Shown here: positions 49,693-60,137 of the stretch, piece after piece
Layout of the letters: each line of letters begins with the position of its first letter
Position numbering within the stretch: position 1 is the first letter of the stretch
From: Candidatus Sulfobium sp.
GTDB taxonomy: Bacteria > Nitrospirota > Thermodesulfovibrionia > Thermodesulfovibrionales > UBA6898
Reading direction: 5' to 3'
Assembly (NCBI GenBank): GCA_037380845.1
Contig: JARRRI010000007.1
Span: forward strand, 1-64,000
Length of the DNA stretch: 64,000 nucleotides
Translations under genes and position numbers: made by a program
Notes under the pieces: model-generated
Databases searched by the model: none
Told to the model about the DNA's origin: nothing
What the model saw: the letters and a program-made list of their open reading frames with translations, nothing else

Positions 49693-51587
49693 CGAATATG
49701 CTCGAACTCCTGTGGTTGATTCCGTGCCTGCCCTTTGCGGGGTTCATCGTCCTGGCGGTGGCAGGGAAGAGAATTGAGCCCCGGGCAGTAGCCTTTGTAG
49801 GAGTGGGCTCGGTGGCCGCCTCGGCCGTAATCTCCGTTATCGTGGCCGTTGATTTCATGACGGCCCCGCCCCCGGGATATGCATACACGCAGACCATCTG
49901 GCAGTGGCTTGACGTAGCAGGCTTCTCACCCGGCGTAACCTTCTATCTGGACGCCTTGTCCACGGTGATGATGCTGGTGGTGACAATAGTGGGATTTCTG
50001 ATCCATCTCTATTCGTCGGAGTTTATGGAAGAAGACGAGGGATACAGCCGGTTCTTCGCCTACATGAACCTGTTCGTCGGTTCGATGCTTGTGCTGCTGC
50101 TTGCCCGGAACCTTCTGCTTTTCTATCTGGGCTGGGAGGGCGTCGGTCTCTGCAGCTATCTTCTTATCGGGTTCTGGTATAAAGACCCGAACAACGGCTA
50201 TGCCGCCCGCAAGGCCTTTGTCGTGACCCGGGTCGGCGATGCGGCGATGGCGGTCGGACTCTTTCTGCTCTATAACGGCCTGGGGACACTCCAGATACAG
50301 GAACTCATGCAGCGCGCACACCAGAGCTGGTCTTCGGGCTCGCTTTTGCCCGTTGCAGCCGCTGCGCTTCTCCTGGGCGGGGCCGTCGGAAAGTCAGCGC
50401 AGCTTCCCCTGCAGACCTGGCTTCCCGATGCCATGGCGGGCCCGACGCCGGTGAGTGCGCTGATACACGCGGCCACCATGGTTACAGCAGGGGTCTACAT
50501 TATCGCCCGGACCCATGTGCTTTTCGAACTGGCTCCCCCGGTGCTCGCTGCCGTAGCGGTCATCGGCGCACTGACCCTCCTTCTGTCCGGGTTCAGCGCC
50601 ATCACGCAGAAGGATATCAAGAGGGTATTGGCCTATTCGACAATCAGCCAGATAGGATACATGTTCCTGGCCCTGGGCGTGGGCGCGTGGTCGGCAGCCA
50701 TATTCCATTTCATGACCCACGCGTTCTTCAAGGCCCTTCTCTTCCTGGGAGCCGGGGTGATCATCCACGGTCTCCACCACGAACATGACATGTTCAAGAT
50801 GGGCGGGCTGCGCAAACAACTGCCTGTTACGTTCTGGACCTTTCTCATAGGGTCCGCATCCCTGAGCGCCATCCCCCTTGTCACGGCCGGTTTTTTCAGC
50901 AAGGACCAGATAATCTGGCTGGCCTGGTCTTCGGGACGGGGCGGTACGTGGCTCTGGGCTGCGGGCGTTGCGGGCGCCCTGCTTACCTCCATATACACCT
51001 TCCGGATGGTCTTCATAACCTTTTTCGGCGAGGCCCATGCGCAGGTGAGCAAAAGACCCGGACTCCGTATGATCATTCCCCTGGTCGTTCTGGCATTCCT
51101 GTCTGTCACGGGAGGCTATATCCAGCTGCCGGCCATCATGGGAAACATCACGGTATTTTCAGGGTTCCTTCATACCGCGCTGCCGCCCGTCAGGCCGCTC
51201 AGCGGAGAACGCATGGAATGGATTCTGGAAATCATAGCGGTCGTCATCTCACTGGGGGGTGTTCTTGTTGCCTGGCTTTTCTTCCTCAGGACCAGAGGGC
51301 TGGCCACCAGGCTCGCAGAGACTTCCCCGGGCATGCTCCTGCACCGCTTCTGGTTTTCGGGATGGGCGTTTGACTGGGTTTATGATCTTCTGTTCGTAAG
51401 GCCCTTTGTCTGGCTGGCCCGCATCAACAGGGACGATTTCATGGACCTGGCCTATGCGGGTCTGGCGTGGTACAACCGGTCCCTTAACCGTATTCTGAGC
51501 CTGACACAGAACGGAAGGGTCAGGTTTTATGCGATGGGCATCGCCCTGGGGGCGATCATAACGGTCGCGATAGCGGTGCTGCGATGA
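49689..51587 (+). CDS. nuoL: NADH-quinone oxidoreductase subunit L
   Basis: [56 protein letters not shown]. Confidence 0.97.
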   Translation: MTNMLELLWLIPCLPFAGFIVLAVAGKRIEPRAVAFVGVGSVAASAVISVIVAVDFMTAPPPGYAYTQTIWQWLDVAGFSPGVTFYLDALSTVMMLVVTIVGFLIHLYSSEFMEEDEGYSRFFAYMNLFVGSMLVLLLARNLLLFYLGWEGVGLCSYLLIGFWYKDPNNGYAARKAFVVTRVGDAAMAVGLFLLYNGLGTLQIQELMQRAHQSWSSGSLLPVAAAALLLGGAVGKSAQLPLQTWLPDAMAGPTPVSALIHAATMVTAGVYIIARTHVLFELAPPVLAAVAVIGALTLLLSGFSAITQKDIKRVLAYSTISQIGYMFLALGVGAWSAAIFHFMTHAFFKALLFLGAGVIIHGLHHEHDMFKMGGLRKQLPVTFWTFLIGSASLSAIPLVTAGFFSKDQIIWLAWSSGRGGTWLWAAGVAGALLTSIYTFRMVFITFFGEAHAQVSKRPGLRMIIPLVVLAFLSVTGGYIQLPAIMGNITVFSGFLHTALPPVRPLSGERMEWILEIIAVVISLGGVLVAWLFFLRTRGLATRLAETSPGMLLHRFWFSGWAFDWVYDLLFVRPFVWLARINRDDFMDLAYAGLAWYNRSLNRILSLTQNGRVRFYAMGIALGAIITVAIAVLR

Positions 51588-53014
51588 TACTTCTCCTGCT
51601 CATAATTATCCCCCTTGTGGGAGGGTTTTTCGCCTGGCTTTACGGACGCCGCAGCGAAGCCGCCCCGCGCTGGATCTCGCTCGTCTCCCTCCTGATCGAA
51701 CAGGCGCTCGTGATAGTGCTCTGGTTCCGGCACCCTGCGTCGGGAATCGGGCCGGGGGCATGGTTCGCCGACCTGCAGTGGTCGTGGATTCCCCGGCTGG
51801 GCATAAGCTTCCACCTGGCAATGGACGGCCTGAGCCTGCTCATGGTCGGCCTCACGGCATTCCTGGGGATCATGTCCGTCGCCATATCCTGGACGGAGAT
51901 CAGGGAGAGGGTCGGCTTCTTCCACCTCAACCTCCTGTTCATAATAGCCGGCATCAACGGCGTCTTCCTCGCGGTGGACCTTTTCCTCTTCTACTTCTTC
52001 TGGGAGCTCATGCTGGTGCCGATGTATTTTCTCATCAGCATATGGGGGCACGAAAACCGCACATACGCGGCCATCAAGTTCTTTATATTCACCCAGCTGA
52101 GCGGCCTCCTCATGCTCCTTTCGATCCTGGGCATCTATTTTGTCCATGCCAGCAACACAGGCGTCTACACCTTTGACTACTTCAGCCTGCTGGGGACTTC
52201 CATGGCACCGGCCGTCTCCTTCTGGCTGATGATGGGCTTTTTCATCGCCTTTGCGGTCAAGCTCCCCGCCGTCCCGTTTCACACCTGGCTTCCCGATGCC
52301 CACACCGAGGCGCCCACGGCCGGAAGTGTGGTCCTTGCCGGGCTGCTCCTTAAGACGGGGGCATACGGTCTCATCCGCTTCCTGGTACCTCTCTTCCCGG
52401 AAGCCGCCCGCAGCCTTGTCCCGGCGGCGTTTGTACTCGGGGTGATAGGCATCCTTTACGGCGCGGTGCTCGCCTTCGCACAGCGGGACCTCAAAAGGAT
52501 GGTTGCCTATACGAGCATAAGCCACATGGGGTTCGTCCTCCTGGGCGTCTTTGCATGGAATGAGCTTGCCCTCCAGGGCGCGGTGATGCAGATGCTCTGT
52601 CACGGGGTCAGCACAGGCGCCCTCTTCATGCTGGTCGGAGCGCTTCAGGAACGTATCCACACCCGCGACATGAATGTCATGGGCGGCATGTGGGAGAGGG
52701 TGCCCCGGATGGGTGCGGTGGTCCTGTTCTTCGCCCTGGCATCTCTGGGCCTGCCCGGACTCGGGAATTTCGTGGCCGAGTTCCTCGTGCTGCTGGGCTC
52801 CTACAAGGTCAGTGTAGTAGCAACATCTTTTGCCGTGGCGGGCCTTGTCTTCGCCACGGTCTATTCGCTCTGGATCGTCCAGAGGGCCTTTCACGGGAAG
52901 AAGAGGAAGGAATGGGCCATATCCGACCTCTCGCTGAGGGAGATGGCGCTTATGTTCTTCATGATCATCTCCCTCCTCTGGCTGGCTTTATTATTCTGGC
53001 GTTCGCTTCGGTAA
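51584..53014 (+). CDS. nuoM: NADH-quinone oxidoreductase subunit M, with its C-terminus truncated and replaced by the deletion
   Basis: FWELMLVP, HTWLPDAHTEAP, LLKTGAYG, LPGLGNFVAEF; ends LLWLALLFWRSLR without the GxYP motif and tail. Confidence 0.9.
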   Translation: MILLLLIIIPLVGGFFAWLYGRRSEAAPRWISLVSLLIEQALVIVLWFRHPASGIGPGAWFADLQWSWIPRLGISFHLAMDGLSLLMVGLTAFLGIMSVAISWTEIRERVGFFHLNLLFIIAGINGVFLAVDLFLFYFFWELMLVPMYFLISIWGHENRTYAAIKFFIFTQLSGLLMLLSILGIYFVHASNTGVYTFDYFSLLGTSMAPAVSFWLMMGFFIAFAVKLPAVPFHTWLPDAHTEAPTAGSVVLAGLLLKTGAYGLIRFLVPLFPEAARSLVPAAFVLGVIGILYGAVLAFAQRDLKRMVAYTSISHMGFVLLGVFAWNELALQGAVMQMLCHGVSTGALFMLVGALQERIHTRDMNVMGGMWERVPRMGAVVLFFALASLGLPGLGNFVAEFLVLLGSYKVSVVATSFAVAGLVFATVYSLWIVQRAFHGKKRKEWAISDLSLREMALMFFMIISLLWLALLFWRSLR

Positions 53015-54384
53015 TCGTCATGCTCGGCATAGGGTTCTACCGGGATCACGTCACTGCCAATCTGGTGACTCTCCTGGGGCTTGCTGTGTCCTTTCTGGCC
53101 CTCCTTATGGTGGTATCCTGGATTCCGAGACAGGTCACCCCTCTCATAATCGAGGACCAGTATGCCTTCTTCTATTCCGGCCTGATACTGGCCGCCACTT
53201 TCCTCACCGCCATGCTGTCTTATGACTACCTGGAAAGACTTCCCGGAGATCCCGAAGAATACTATCTCCTGCTCATTCTGGCGGCCCTGGGGTCGGTCAT
53301 TCTTGTGGCAAGCAGTCATTTCGCCTCATTTTTCCTGGGGCTGGAGATCCTCAGCATATCGCTTTATGCCCTGATAGCCTATCCCCGAAGCGGGGAGCGC
53401 CACATCGAGGCCGGAGTCAAGTACCTTATCCTGGCGGCCCTTTCGTCGGCCTTCCTCCTCTTCGGTATGGCGCTGGTATACGCAAAGACCGGCACTATGG
53501 AGTTCACCCGCCTGGCTTCGCAGGCCGCCAATGCGGAGGGGCCGGTACTTCTGGCAGGCCTGGCACTGATCATCGTAGGGGTGGGGTTCAAGCTTGCGGT
53601 AGTGCCGTTCCACATGTGGACTCCCGATGTCTATGAGGGTGCGCCCGCGCCGGTAACGGGTTTTATCGCGACCGTTTCCAAAGGCGCGATGTTTGCTCTT
53701 CTCCTGAGATATTTCATCGGGGTGGACGTGGTCTCGCACCGTTCCCTTTTTCTCGCCTTTTCGGTAATCGCGATCGCCTCCATGTTCGTCGGAAACCTGC
53801 TGGCCCTGCTTCAAAACAACGTAAAAAGGATACTCGCCTATTCCTCCATCGCCCATCTGGGATACCTGCTGGTCGCCTTTCTCGCGGCCGGGTCCTTCAG
53901 GGTTACCGCCGTCACCTATTATCTTGTCGCCTACTTCATTACCACCCTGGGCGCCTTCGGGGTAATCACCGTACTTTCCGGGAGTGAAAGAGAGGCCGAC
54001 GATATCAGCGATTATCAGGGGCTCTCGACAGAACGGCCCTGGATCGCTGCAGTTTTCACCGCCATGCTCTTTTCCCTGGCGGGCATACCGCTTACAGCCG
54101 GGTTCTTCGCGAAGTACTACGTGCTGCTTGCGGGGGTCGGTTCGGCGCTGTGGCTTCTGGTTATTATACTGGTGGTCAACAGCGCGATAGGTCTTTACTA
54201 TTACCTTAGAATCATCATCGCCATATACGGCCGCTCAGGTGAGAAAAGGCGTTCTCCAGCCGGGGGAATATCCATGATGGGCGGCTTCGTGATAGCCGTC
54301 CTAACCCTCCTTCTGGTATGGTTCGGTGTTTATCCGGCCCCCCTGGTAGAATTCATACAGAAGACCGCGGGCCTGCTGGGATAA
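52987..54384 (+). pseudogene. nuoN: nuoN lacking its native start and first codons (first in-frame ATG at 53020)
   Basis: NuoN-like FIILAFASVIVML begins inside the nuoM 3' end; GLEILS, GFKLAVVPFHMWTPDVYEGAP, LAYSSIAH, SLAGIPLTAGF. Confidence 0.8.
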
Positions 54385-54551
54385 AGTATAGACACCTGCC
54401 GCAGGCGAAGTCCCATCCAAAAAGACTCCCGAATTCTGCCTCACAACTGTCTGCGGTGTCTGCCTGATAATCTTCAGTCTCATCGCCTTGCAGCTCATGA
54501 AAGTTTCCGGCACTGCAAAAGCGGCAGTAACTATCGGGTCTTAAATTTTGT

Positions 54552-54923
54552 TTAAACGTATCGGATGGAAACTTCGTAGGCAATGGTGGAGTGGCCGGCG
54601 GAAGGACCTTCACCTTCGCAGCAGAGATCCCCTTTGACGGATTTCCTGCGGTCTATTATTGTCGCAGTGATAATCTGAGTGAGATCGAACCCCCCATCGA
54701 CGCAGTCCTTGTTCAGGCAGTCTATGATGAACAGTGCGGAACTGTCCGGAAAGAAATTGACGACCCTGGGCAAAGATTTCTGTAATCCCCTTTGATTATA
54801 TGTCATGTTGACTACGATGGCTGCGACCTCGGGGAACCGCTCTTTCACCAGACCTGCGTCGACCTTCTGCTGACGCCTTTCTTTCCGCATTTCATTCTTT
54901 CTGGTGTACATGCTGTTATTCAT
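54552..54923 (-). CDS. Hypothetical Cys-containing protein downstream of csp
   Basis: SD GAGGGG; CLNKDC...GGFDL...CC...H. Confidence 0.7.
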   Translation of the reverse strand: MNNSMYTRKNEMRKERRQQKVDAGLVKERFPEVAAIVVNMTYNQRGLQKSLPRVVNFFPDSSALFIIDCLNKDCVDGGFDLTQIITATIIDRRKSVKGDLCCEGEGPSAGHSTIAYEVSIRYV

Positions 54924-54977
54924 TTTCCCCTCTCATGAGCAGGCCCCTCCCATAAGGAAGAGGCCCGCTTTCGTTTG

Positions 54978-55175
54978 TTACAGTTTAACGACGTTTATCG
55001 CCCTGGGGCCTTTAGGGCCTTTTTCGGCGTCAAAGCTGACCCTGTCACCTTCTGCAAGGCTCTTAAAGCCGTTGCCCTGGATCGAGGTATGATGGACTAA
55101 AGCTTCAGTCCCGTCATCATTCGTGATGAATCCGAAACCCTTGCTGTCGTTAAACCATTTTACGGTTCCTTCCAT
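54978..55175 (-). CDS. Cold-shock protein
   Basis: [39 protein letters not shown]. Confidence 0.96.
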   Translation of the reverse strand: MEGTVKWFNDSKGFGFITNDDGTEALVHHTSIQGNGFKSLAEGDRVSFDAEKGPKGPRAINVVKL

Positions 55176-55227
55176 TACCTGTTACCTCCTTATCTACAGA
55201 CTCAAATCTCAGAAGGCATGGACAATT

Positions 55228-55262
55228 AAAAAAGGCCACAAAGTCAAAAGTCTTTGTGGCCT
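55228..55262 (-). terminator. Intrinsic terminator upstream of csp
   Basis: Minus strand AGGCCACAAAG-N8-CTTTGTGGCC followed by T6. Confidence 0.8.
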
Positions 55263-55294
55263 CAGCTGGCAAAAACTTCCAAAATTCTGCAATT

Positions 55295-55323
55295 AGAATA
55301 GCATGTCCGCGGATAATTTGCAA
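55295..55323 (-). promoter_or_regulatory. Sigma70-type promoter for csp
   Basis: Minus strand TTGCAA-N17-TATTCT with an extended -10 TG. Confidence 0.6.
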
Positions 55324-55407
55324 GGAAAAACGAGGTCCATCCCCCCCTCCCTGACCGCTGACAGTCCCGACACGGGATCGATGTTAACTGCCGGGCCAGG
55401 CCAGACC

Positions 55408-56175
55408 CTATTTGTCAGGGGAACCCCGGGCCTGCGGTTTCGCGGAGGGGGGCGGTCCGGCCAGAAGTTCGAGGGATGAAAGCCAGGAGGTGGAACTCTC
55501 GCCGGTATCGTCTGAATCGTCCATGAATGCGATGGCTGCCTGTGTCCTGGGCGGCATCTTCCCGAACGCCCGCTGGTAATCCTTCAGTATGTTTATCTCT
55601 TCTTCTCGCCATTGCCCCGCCCCCCTGTCGCCGGCCTCCAGAACTATGTATTTGATCGCTCCGAAGCTCGGACTCGAACTTATACCGTCCTTATGCGGCC
55701 GGCTGGCCCAGATATAGCAGAGGGCGCTCCCGGGCGGGTATTGCCCGTACATCTTCTTTGCCACGGAGTACATTATTCTCCTGAAAAAATTGGCCTTCTC
55801 AGGGTTGTATTTGAACATTACAAACAGACGCGCGGGAGAGTCGTTATACTTCTTCCCGAGGATGTTGCCTTTCAGGTAAACATTGCTGACCTTCCATCTC
55901 CACTTCACTACGGGGTATTCATATGGATCGAACTCCCTGTTCCAGACAACGGCCGAGGCGGAGTGGCGGCTCCGGGCTTTCAGGCAGGAGGCGCCGTTCT
56001 CAACACCGACCGAGTAGACGGTGTCTTTCTTGCTTTTGTCAAAGAGGAGGGGTCTCCAGTCAGAGGGGCCCTGAAAGTCTTCCCGGATGCACTGCTTTCC
56101 GTTGATAACCCGGGCACCGGAGGCGGTCGGAAGCGAAATAAGGAAAACTGCTATAAATACCGATTTCCACACCAC
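55408..56175 (-). CDS. DUF3047 family exported protein
   Basis: Signal peptide; YPVVKWRWKV, DSPARLFV, LCYIW, DYQRAFG, MDDSDDTG. Confidence 0.8.
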   Translation of the reverse strand: MVWKSVFIAVFLISLPTASGARVINGKQCIREDFQGPSDWRPLLFDKSKKDTVYSVGVENGASCLKARSRHSASAVVWNREFDPYEYPVVKWRWKVSNVYLKGNILGKKYNDSPARLFVMFKYNPEKANFFRRIMYSVAKKMYGQYPPGSALCYIWASRPHKDGISSSPSFGAIKYIVLEAGDRGAGQWREEEINILKDYQRAFGKMPPRTQAAIAFMDDSDDTGESSTSWLSSLELLAGPPPSAKPQARGSPDK

Positions 56176-56323
56176 GTATTATTTTATACCCCCTGCGGCC
56201 CGGCTTGCAAAAGGGGACTGTCTCCGCGGCTTTTTCAGGATCCCGCGGGATCCGTGAGGCCGTGAGGTTCGCCTTCCGTCTGATTTTTGGAGTTAGTGGT
56301 ATGATATAAATCAAAAAAAGAAA

Positions 56324-56515
56324 ATGGAGTCAGTAATGGCAGAGGACGAGGAGAAACTGGTAAAGACTTCCGTATATCTGGAAGAGGAAGTTATCGAGGC
56401 CCTCGCGGAAGCGGCCGAAGAACTGGAGAAAGAGACGGGCCGGAAGTGGTCGAAAGGAGCGGTAATAAGGGTCGCCCTCAGTGACTTTTTCACACGAAGG
56501 GGGAAGATCCTTTGA
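56324..56515 (+). CDS. Ribbon-helix-helix (CopG-like) DNA-binding protein
   Basis: KTSVYL...EAL...WSKGAVIRVAL; overlaps the nagA start. Confidence 0.7.
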   Translation: MESVMAEDEEKLVKTSVYLEEEVIEALAEAAEELEKETGRKWSKGAVIRVALSDFFTRRGKIL

Positions 56516-57375
56516 TGCAAACAGGGTTCATTGACCTCCATACCCATGGGTCGGGCGGATACGACACCAGGACTGACGATCCGCGGCACATCCTTAGGAT
56601 AGCTGAAATGCACGGCAGGGCAGGCACAAAAGCGATTCTTCCCACGATCTACTCGGGGACGGTCGAACGGATGCGGCGGGATATGGAGGCGGTAAGAAAG
56701 GCGATGGAGACGAAGGTCCCCGGGGAGGCTGCGATTATATCCGGTGTTCATCTTGAGGGTCCTTTTCTGAACCCCGCCAGGTGTGGCGCTCAGGACAGAG
56801 ATTCCTTCTCAAGACCATCCAGGGCGGCATTTAAAGAACTGACAGAGGGCTACGTGGAGATCATAAAGCTTATCACGGTCGCGCCGGAGATGCCGGGTGC
56901 GCTAAAAGTTATAGAAAGATGCGTGGAGGCCGGCATCAGGGTAAACATGGGGCATTCGGACGCTACCTGCCGTCAGGCGCTGGAGGGCAAAAAGGCAGGC
57001 GCCTCCGGGATTACCCATATTTTCAATGCCATGCGGCCCTTCCATCACAGGGAGCCCGGCATCGCGGGTCTCGGCCTGACGGACGAGGACCTTTATACAG
57101 AGGTCATTGCCGACGGTTACCACCTCCACACCGAGACCCTCCGTCTGATATTCAAGTGTAAGAGTCACCGGAGAATAATACTCGTCTCGGATTCGGTCAG
57201 GGGAGGCCGGAAGAAGGGCAGACCCGTTTATGACAGGACAGGGGCCCTGGCGGGAAGCGGGATAACCCTTTGCGATTCCCTTAAGATACTCCGGGATACA
57301 GGCATACCGCAAAAGGCAATCGTCGCTGCGACGATTGACAATCCGAAAAGATATCTGGGGACAGGGAAGATCTGA
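56512..57375 (+). CDS. nagA: Compact N-acetylglucosamine-6-phosphate deacetylase-like amidohydrolase
   Basis: GFIDLHTHG, HLEGPFL, TVAPE, GHSDAT, THIFNAM, DGYH, LAGS. Confidence 0.85.
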   Translation: MMQTGFIDLHTHGSGGYDTRTDDPRHILRIAEMHGRAGTKAILPTIYSGTVERMRRDMEAVRKAMETKVPGEAAIISGVHLEGPFLNPARCGAQDRDSFSRPSRAAFKELTEGYVEIIKLITVAPEMPGALKVIERCVEAGIRVNMGHSDATCRQALEGKKAGASGITHIFNAMRPFHHREPGIAGLGLTDEDLYTEVIADGYHLHTETLRLIFKCKSHRRIILVSDSVRGGRKKGRPVYDRTGALAGSGITLCDSLKILRDTGIPQKAIVAATIDNPKRYLGTGKI

Positions 57376-57660
57376 CGCCTGACAGCGCCATCCCAACAGC
57401 CGCGTCCGGGAATCCGCTATTTTCAGGCCTTTTTGTCTTCAGTCCTCTCTGAGGTAAATTTTTTGTACCTTATGTCATTTCCGGGAAGGTTCCAGCAGGC
57501 ACCGCCTTCCCGCCTGCATCCTACACATTGTAAGACAAATACTTACAACCTGCCTTATATATTCTTACATAAAAATCAGTGTTTCGCCGATATATATGTC
57601 CGGCGGGATTGCGTTAACCTAGAAAAAGAGCAAGATGACGTAAAAGAAAGGAGAACGACC

Positions 57661-58092
57661 ATGAAGACTATGACGGCTGGTGCAGGAAACAGAACAAGGA
57701 GGCTGGGTGGCAGCGGCGTGCCGGCTTTCGACTTCTCCAGTATTTTACGTAACATTCCAACATTGACCCAGGTCCGGCCGCCGAAAGAGGAGCCGGAACT
57801 CACGCGAAAAGGAACTGCGGTATCCTCAGGGCGGAAAAGGCCCGACGAAACCGGCCTGAAGAATCTCGCCGAGGCCGTCATACTGCAGTCTATCGAAGAC
57901 CTCTGGAGTAAGACCCATCAGAAGGAGAGCATAGAGTTCTTTATGGGTGAAGGGTTCCGTCACTGTGCAGATATGGCTGAGATGAGCGTCGTGGAACGGC
58001 TCAGGATCATCCGGATGCTGAGAAAAATCAACGCCGAGGCCTTCACGCCCAGACATACCCAGAAACTGGCACGCATCGCAAAGTCACTCTGA
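57661..58092 (+). CDS. Hypothetical protein
   Basis: SD AAGGAG before ATG 57661; C-terminal LAEAVILQSIEDLW...FFMGEGF. Confidence 0.65.
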   Translation: MKTMTAGAGNRTRRLGGSGVPAFDFSSILRNIPTLTQVRPPKEEPELTRKGTAVSSGRKRPDETGLKNLAEAVILQSIEDLWSKTHQKESIEFFMGEGFRHCADMAEMSVVERLRIIRMLRKINAEAFTPRHTQKLARIAKSL

Positions 58093-58126
58093 GGTCTCGC
58101 GAACCGCAGGCGCCGGCAAATCCGTT

Positions 58127-58390
58127 TCACAGAGAAATTGTGTTCCTGCGGTATATTTTCACCTCCGGGAAGGCCCGCGTGAACCTTTCGCTGACCGCCG
58201 CGGGGATGGTTTCCGATTCCCGCAGGACCAGATATCCTCCGGTGTGCAATATGCCGGAAATATTCGCAAGGACCTCTTCCTGCAGGGCCTTGTTCATGTA
58301 AATCAGCACATTCCGGCAGAGGATGATGTGGAATGACCGGCCGGTGATAAACCGCGCCCGGCGTATGATATAATGGAACGTTTTCACCAA
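58127..58390 (-). pseudogene. C-terminal remnant of a CheR-type methyltransferase
   Basis: FHIILCRNVLIYM...Q...LHTGGYLVLRESETI with no N-terminal or SAM-binding portion. Confidence 0.7.
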
Positions 58391-58460
58391 CGGGAAGGGA
58401 CGCAGGCGCGAACGTGCATGCCGTCCCGGAGTCAGGATCCAATTTGGTCCTCAAGGAAGA

Positions 58461-59429
58461 ATGATGCCGCACAGGGTGCTTCGTCTGCTTCCGGAGGGGG
58501 AAAAGTTCCTCTCCGGAGAAAAAATCAGCTCCGGGCTCGGAATAACAAGGGCGGCGGTCTGGAAGAAGATCGCGGCCCTGAGGGCAGAGGGCTTTGTCAT
58601 CGAGGCCACACCTTCACGAGGATATCGTCTGATACAGTCTCCCGACCTTTCCGGGAAGGAGATTATGGCCCGGGTGGGCGGTGCTCTATGGAAGGAGGTC
58701 CTCTGTTACAAGTCCCTGGATTCTACGAACGAGGCTGCCGTCTCCCTCTGCCTGAGAAACGGGCCTGAGTCGGGGACCGTCATCGTTGCGGACACTCAGG
58801 AAAAGGGGAGGGGCAGGCTCGGAAGAAAATGGGTTTCCCCCCCGGGCCTCAATATCTACATGAGCATTGTCCTCGTCCCGGGGGTCGCGCCCAGGGACGC
58901 TACGCTCCTGACGGTCCTCGCTTCGGTGGCCTGCGCAGCCGCCCTCAGGGAGAAATGCGGCGCCGCCGTTTCGATAAAATGGCCCAATGACCTCATGATT
59001 AAGGGGAAGAAGGCCGGCGGCATCCTTACCGAGACCAGGGCGGACCCCGACAGGATAGCCTGGGCCGTGACGGGAATCGGTGTAAACGTCAACATGGATC
59101 CGGCGTCCTTCACCGGCGAAATAAGGAGGACGGCGACTTCAATAAAGGCTGAGACCGGAAGGTATCATGCCCGAAGCGGGCTGATAATAGCGATACTGGA
59201 GCAGTTCGAGAGGTCCTACGGGATACTCCTGCATGAAGGGCGAAAACCGCTTATCGAACAGTGGAGACGACTCTCCTGCACGCTGGGCAGACATGTGACC
59301 GTGACTGCCCGTCCCCGGCCGATCTCGGGATTTGCCGAAAACATCGATAGTGAGGGCATGCTGCTGGTGCGTCTCCCGTCGGGCGAACTGAAAAGGATAG
59401 GCGCCGGAGACCTGACCGTGACGCGGTAA
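58461..59429 (+). CDS. birA: Bifunctional biotin operon repressor / biotin-protein ligase
   Basis: HTH SGEKIS..LGITRAAVWK; STN, QEKGRGRLGRKW, KWPND, KAGGIL. Confidence 0.96.
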   Translation: MMPHRVLRLLPEGEKFLSGEKISSGLGITRAAVWKKIAALRAEGFVIEATPSRGYRLIQSPDLSGKEIMARVGGALWKEVLCYKSLDSTNEAAVSLCLRNGPESGTVIVADTQEKGRGRLGRKWVSPPGLNIYMSIVLVPGVAPRDATLLTVLASVACAAALREKCGAAVSIKWPNDLMIKGKKAGGILTETRADPDRIAWAVTGIGVNVNMDPASFTGEIRRTATSIKAETGRYHARSGLIIAILEQFERSYGILLHEGRKPLIEQWRRLSCTLGRHVTVTARPRPISGFAENIDSEGMLLVRLPSGELKRIGAGDLTVTR

Positions 59430-59439
59430 AGAGGTCGGC

Positions 59440-59562
59440 CCCGTCGAGGATCTCCCTCACCTTCGCCGAGGGTTCGCGGGGAGAAACGGGTTCCATCATA
59501 TATTCCGCGTCCCCGGGAAGATATCCCTTTTTGTGGGCGATTTCGTCCATATAGCCGCCAGA
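59440..59562 (-). pseudogene. C-terminal remnant of a receiver domain
   Basis: SGGYMDEIAHKKGYLPGDAEYMMEPVSPREPSAKVREILD resembles the SGY...KP.SP.EL..KVREILD end of hybrid kinases. Confidence 0.55.
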
Positions 59563-59582
59563 CGAGGGGTGGGGTAGGGACT

Positions 59583-60137
59583 CTATTTCGCGGAGTATAT
59601 CCCTCCGGCCGACTGCCTCGAATAATACTCCAGCTTTATAAGCCTTCTCTTGATATCAGTGCCGGAAGAATAGCCGCCGAGAGAACCGTCGGATTCTATG
59701 ATCCTGTGGCAGGGGAATATTATGGGAAGAGGGTTCTTGCCCAGTGCGTTTCCTACGGCCCGGAACGCCCGCGGCCGGCCTATCCTGTCCGCAAGCCATT
59801 TATAGGTCCTGGTTTCCCCGTAGGGCACCTCTTTCAGGGCGCTCCACACCCGCCTTTCGAATTCGCTCCCTCCGGTAAAAGAGGTCTTGCACGAAAACTC
59901 CCTTCTCCCCTCTTCGAAATACTCGGTGAGCTCCTTCTTCAGAACGGGCGCAGCCCCCCCTCTTCTGAATATCATTCCCTGGGGACGGTCGAACGTTACG
60001 CCTGTCAGTACGGAGGCCCGGAAGACGAGGTGGAGGGTCCCCACCGGCGTTTCAAGGACATCGAAATATTCCTTACATGCAGGTGCCGGCCTTTTCGCCG
60101 GAACTCCATGGTTGATTTGTTCCGCAAAATTCCCCAT
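59583..60137 (-). CDS. ogt: Methylated-DNA-protein-cysteine methyltransferase
   Basis: VPYGETRTY, RAVGNA, NPLPIIFPCHRII, LGGY. Confidence 0.92.
   Translation of the reverse strand: MGNFAEQINHGVPAKRPAPACKEYFDVLETPVGTLHLVFRASVLTGVTFDRPQGMIFRRGGAAPVLKKELTEYFEEGRREFSCKTSFTGGSEFERRVWSALKEVPYGETRTYKWLADRIGRPRAFRAVGNALGKNPLPIIFPCHRIIESDGSLGGYSSGTDIKRRLIKLEYYSRQSAGGIYSAK

Noticed and set aside
52690..54384. 564-aa NuoN with an N-terminal extension
   Set aside because: The first ~100 aa are an out-of-frame read of nuoM created by the deletion.
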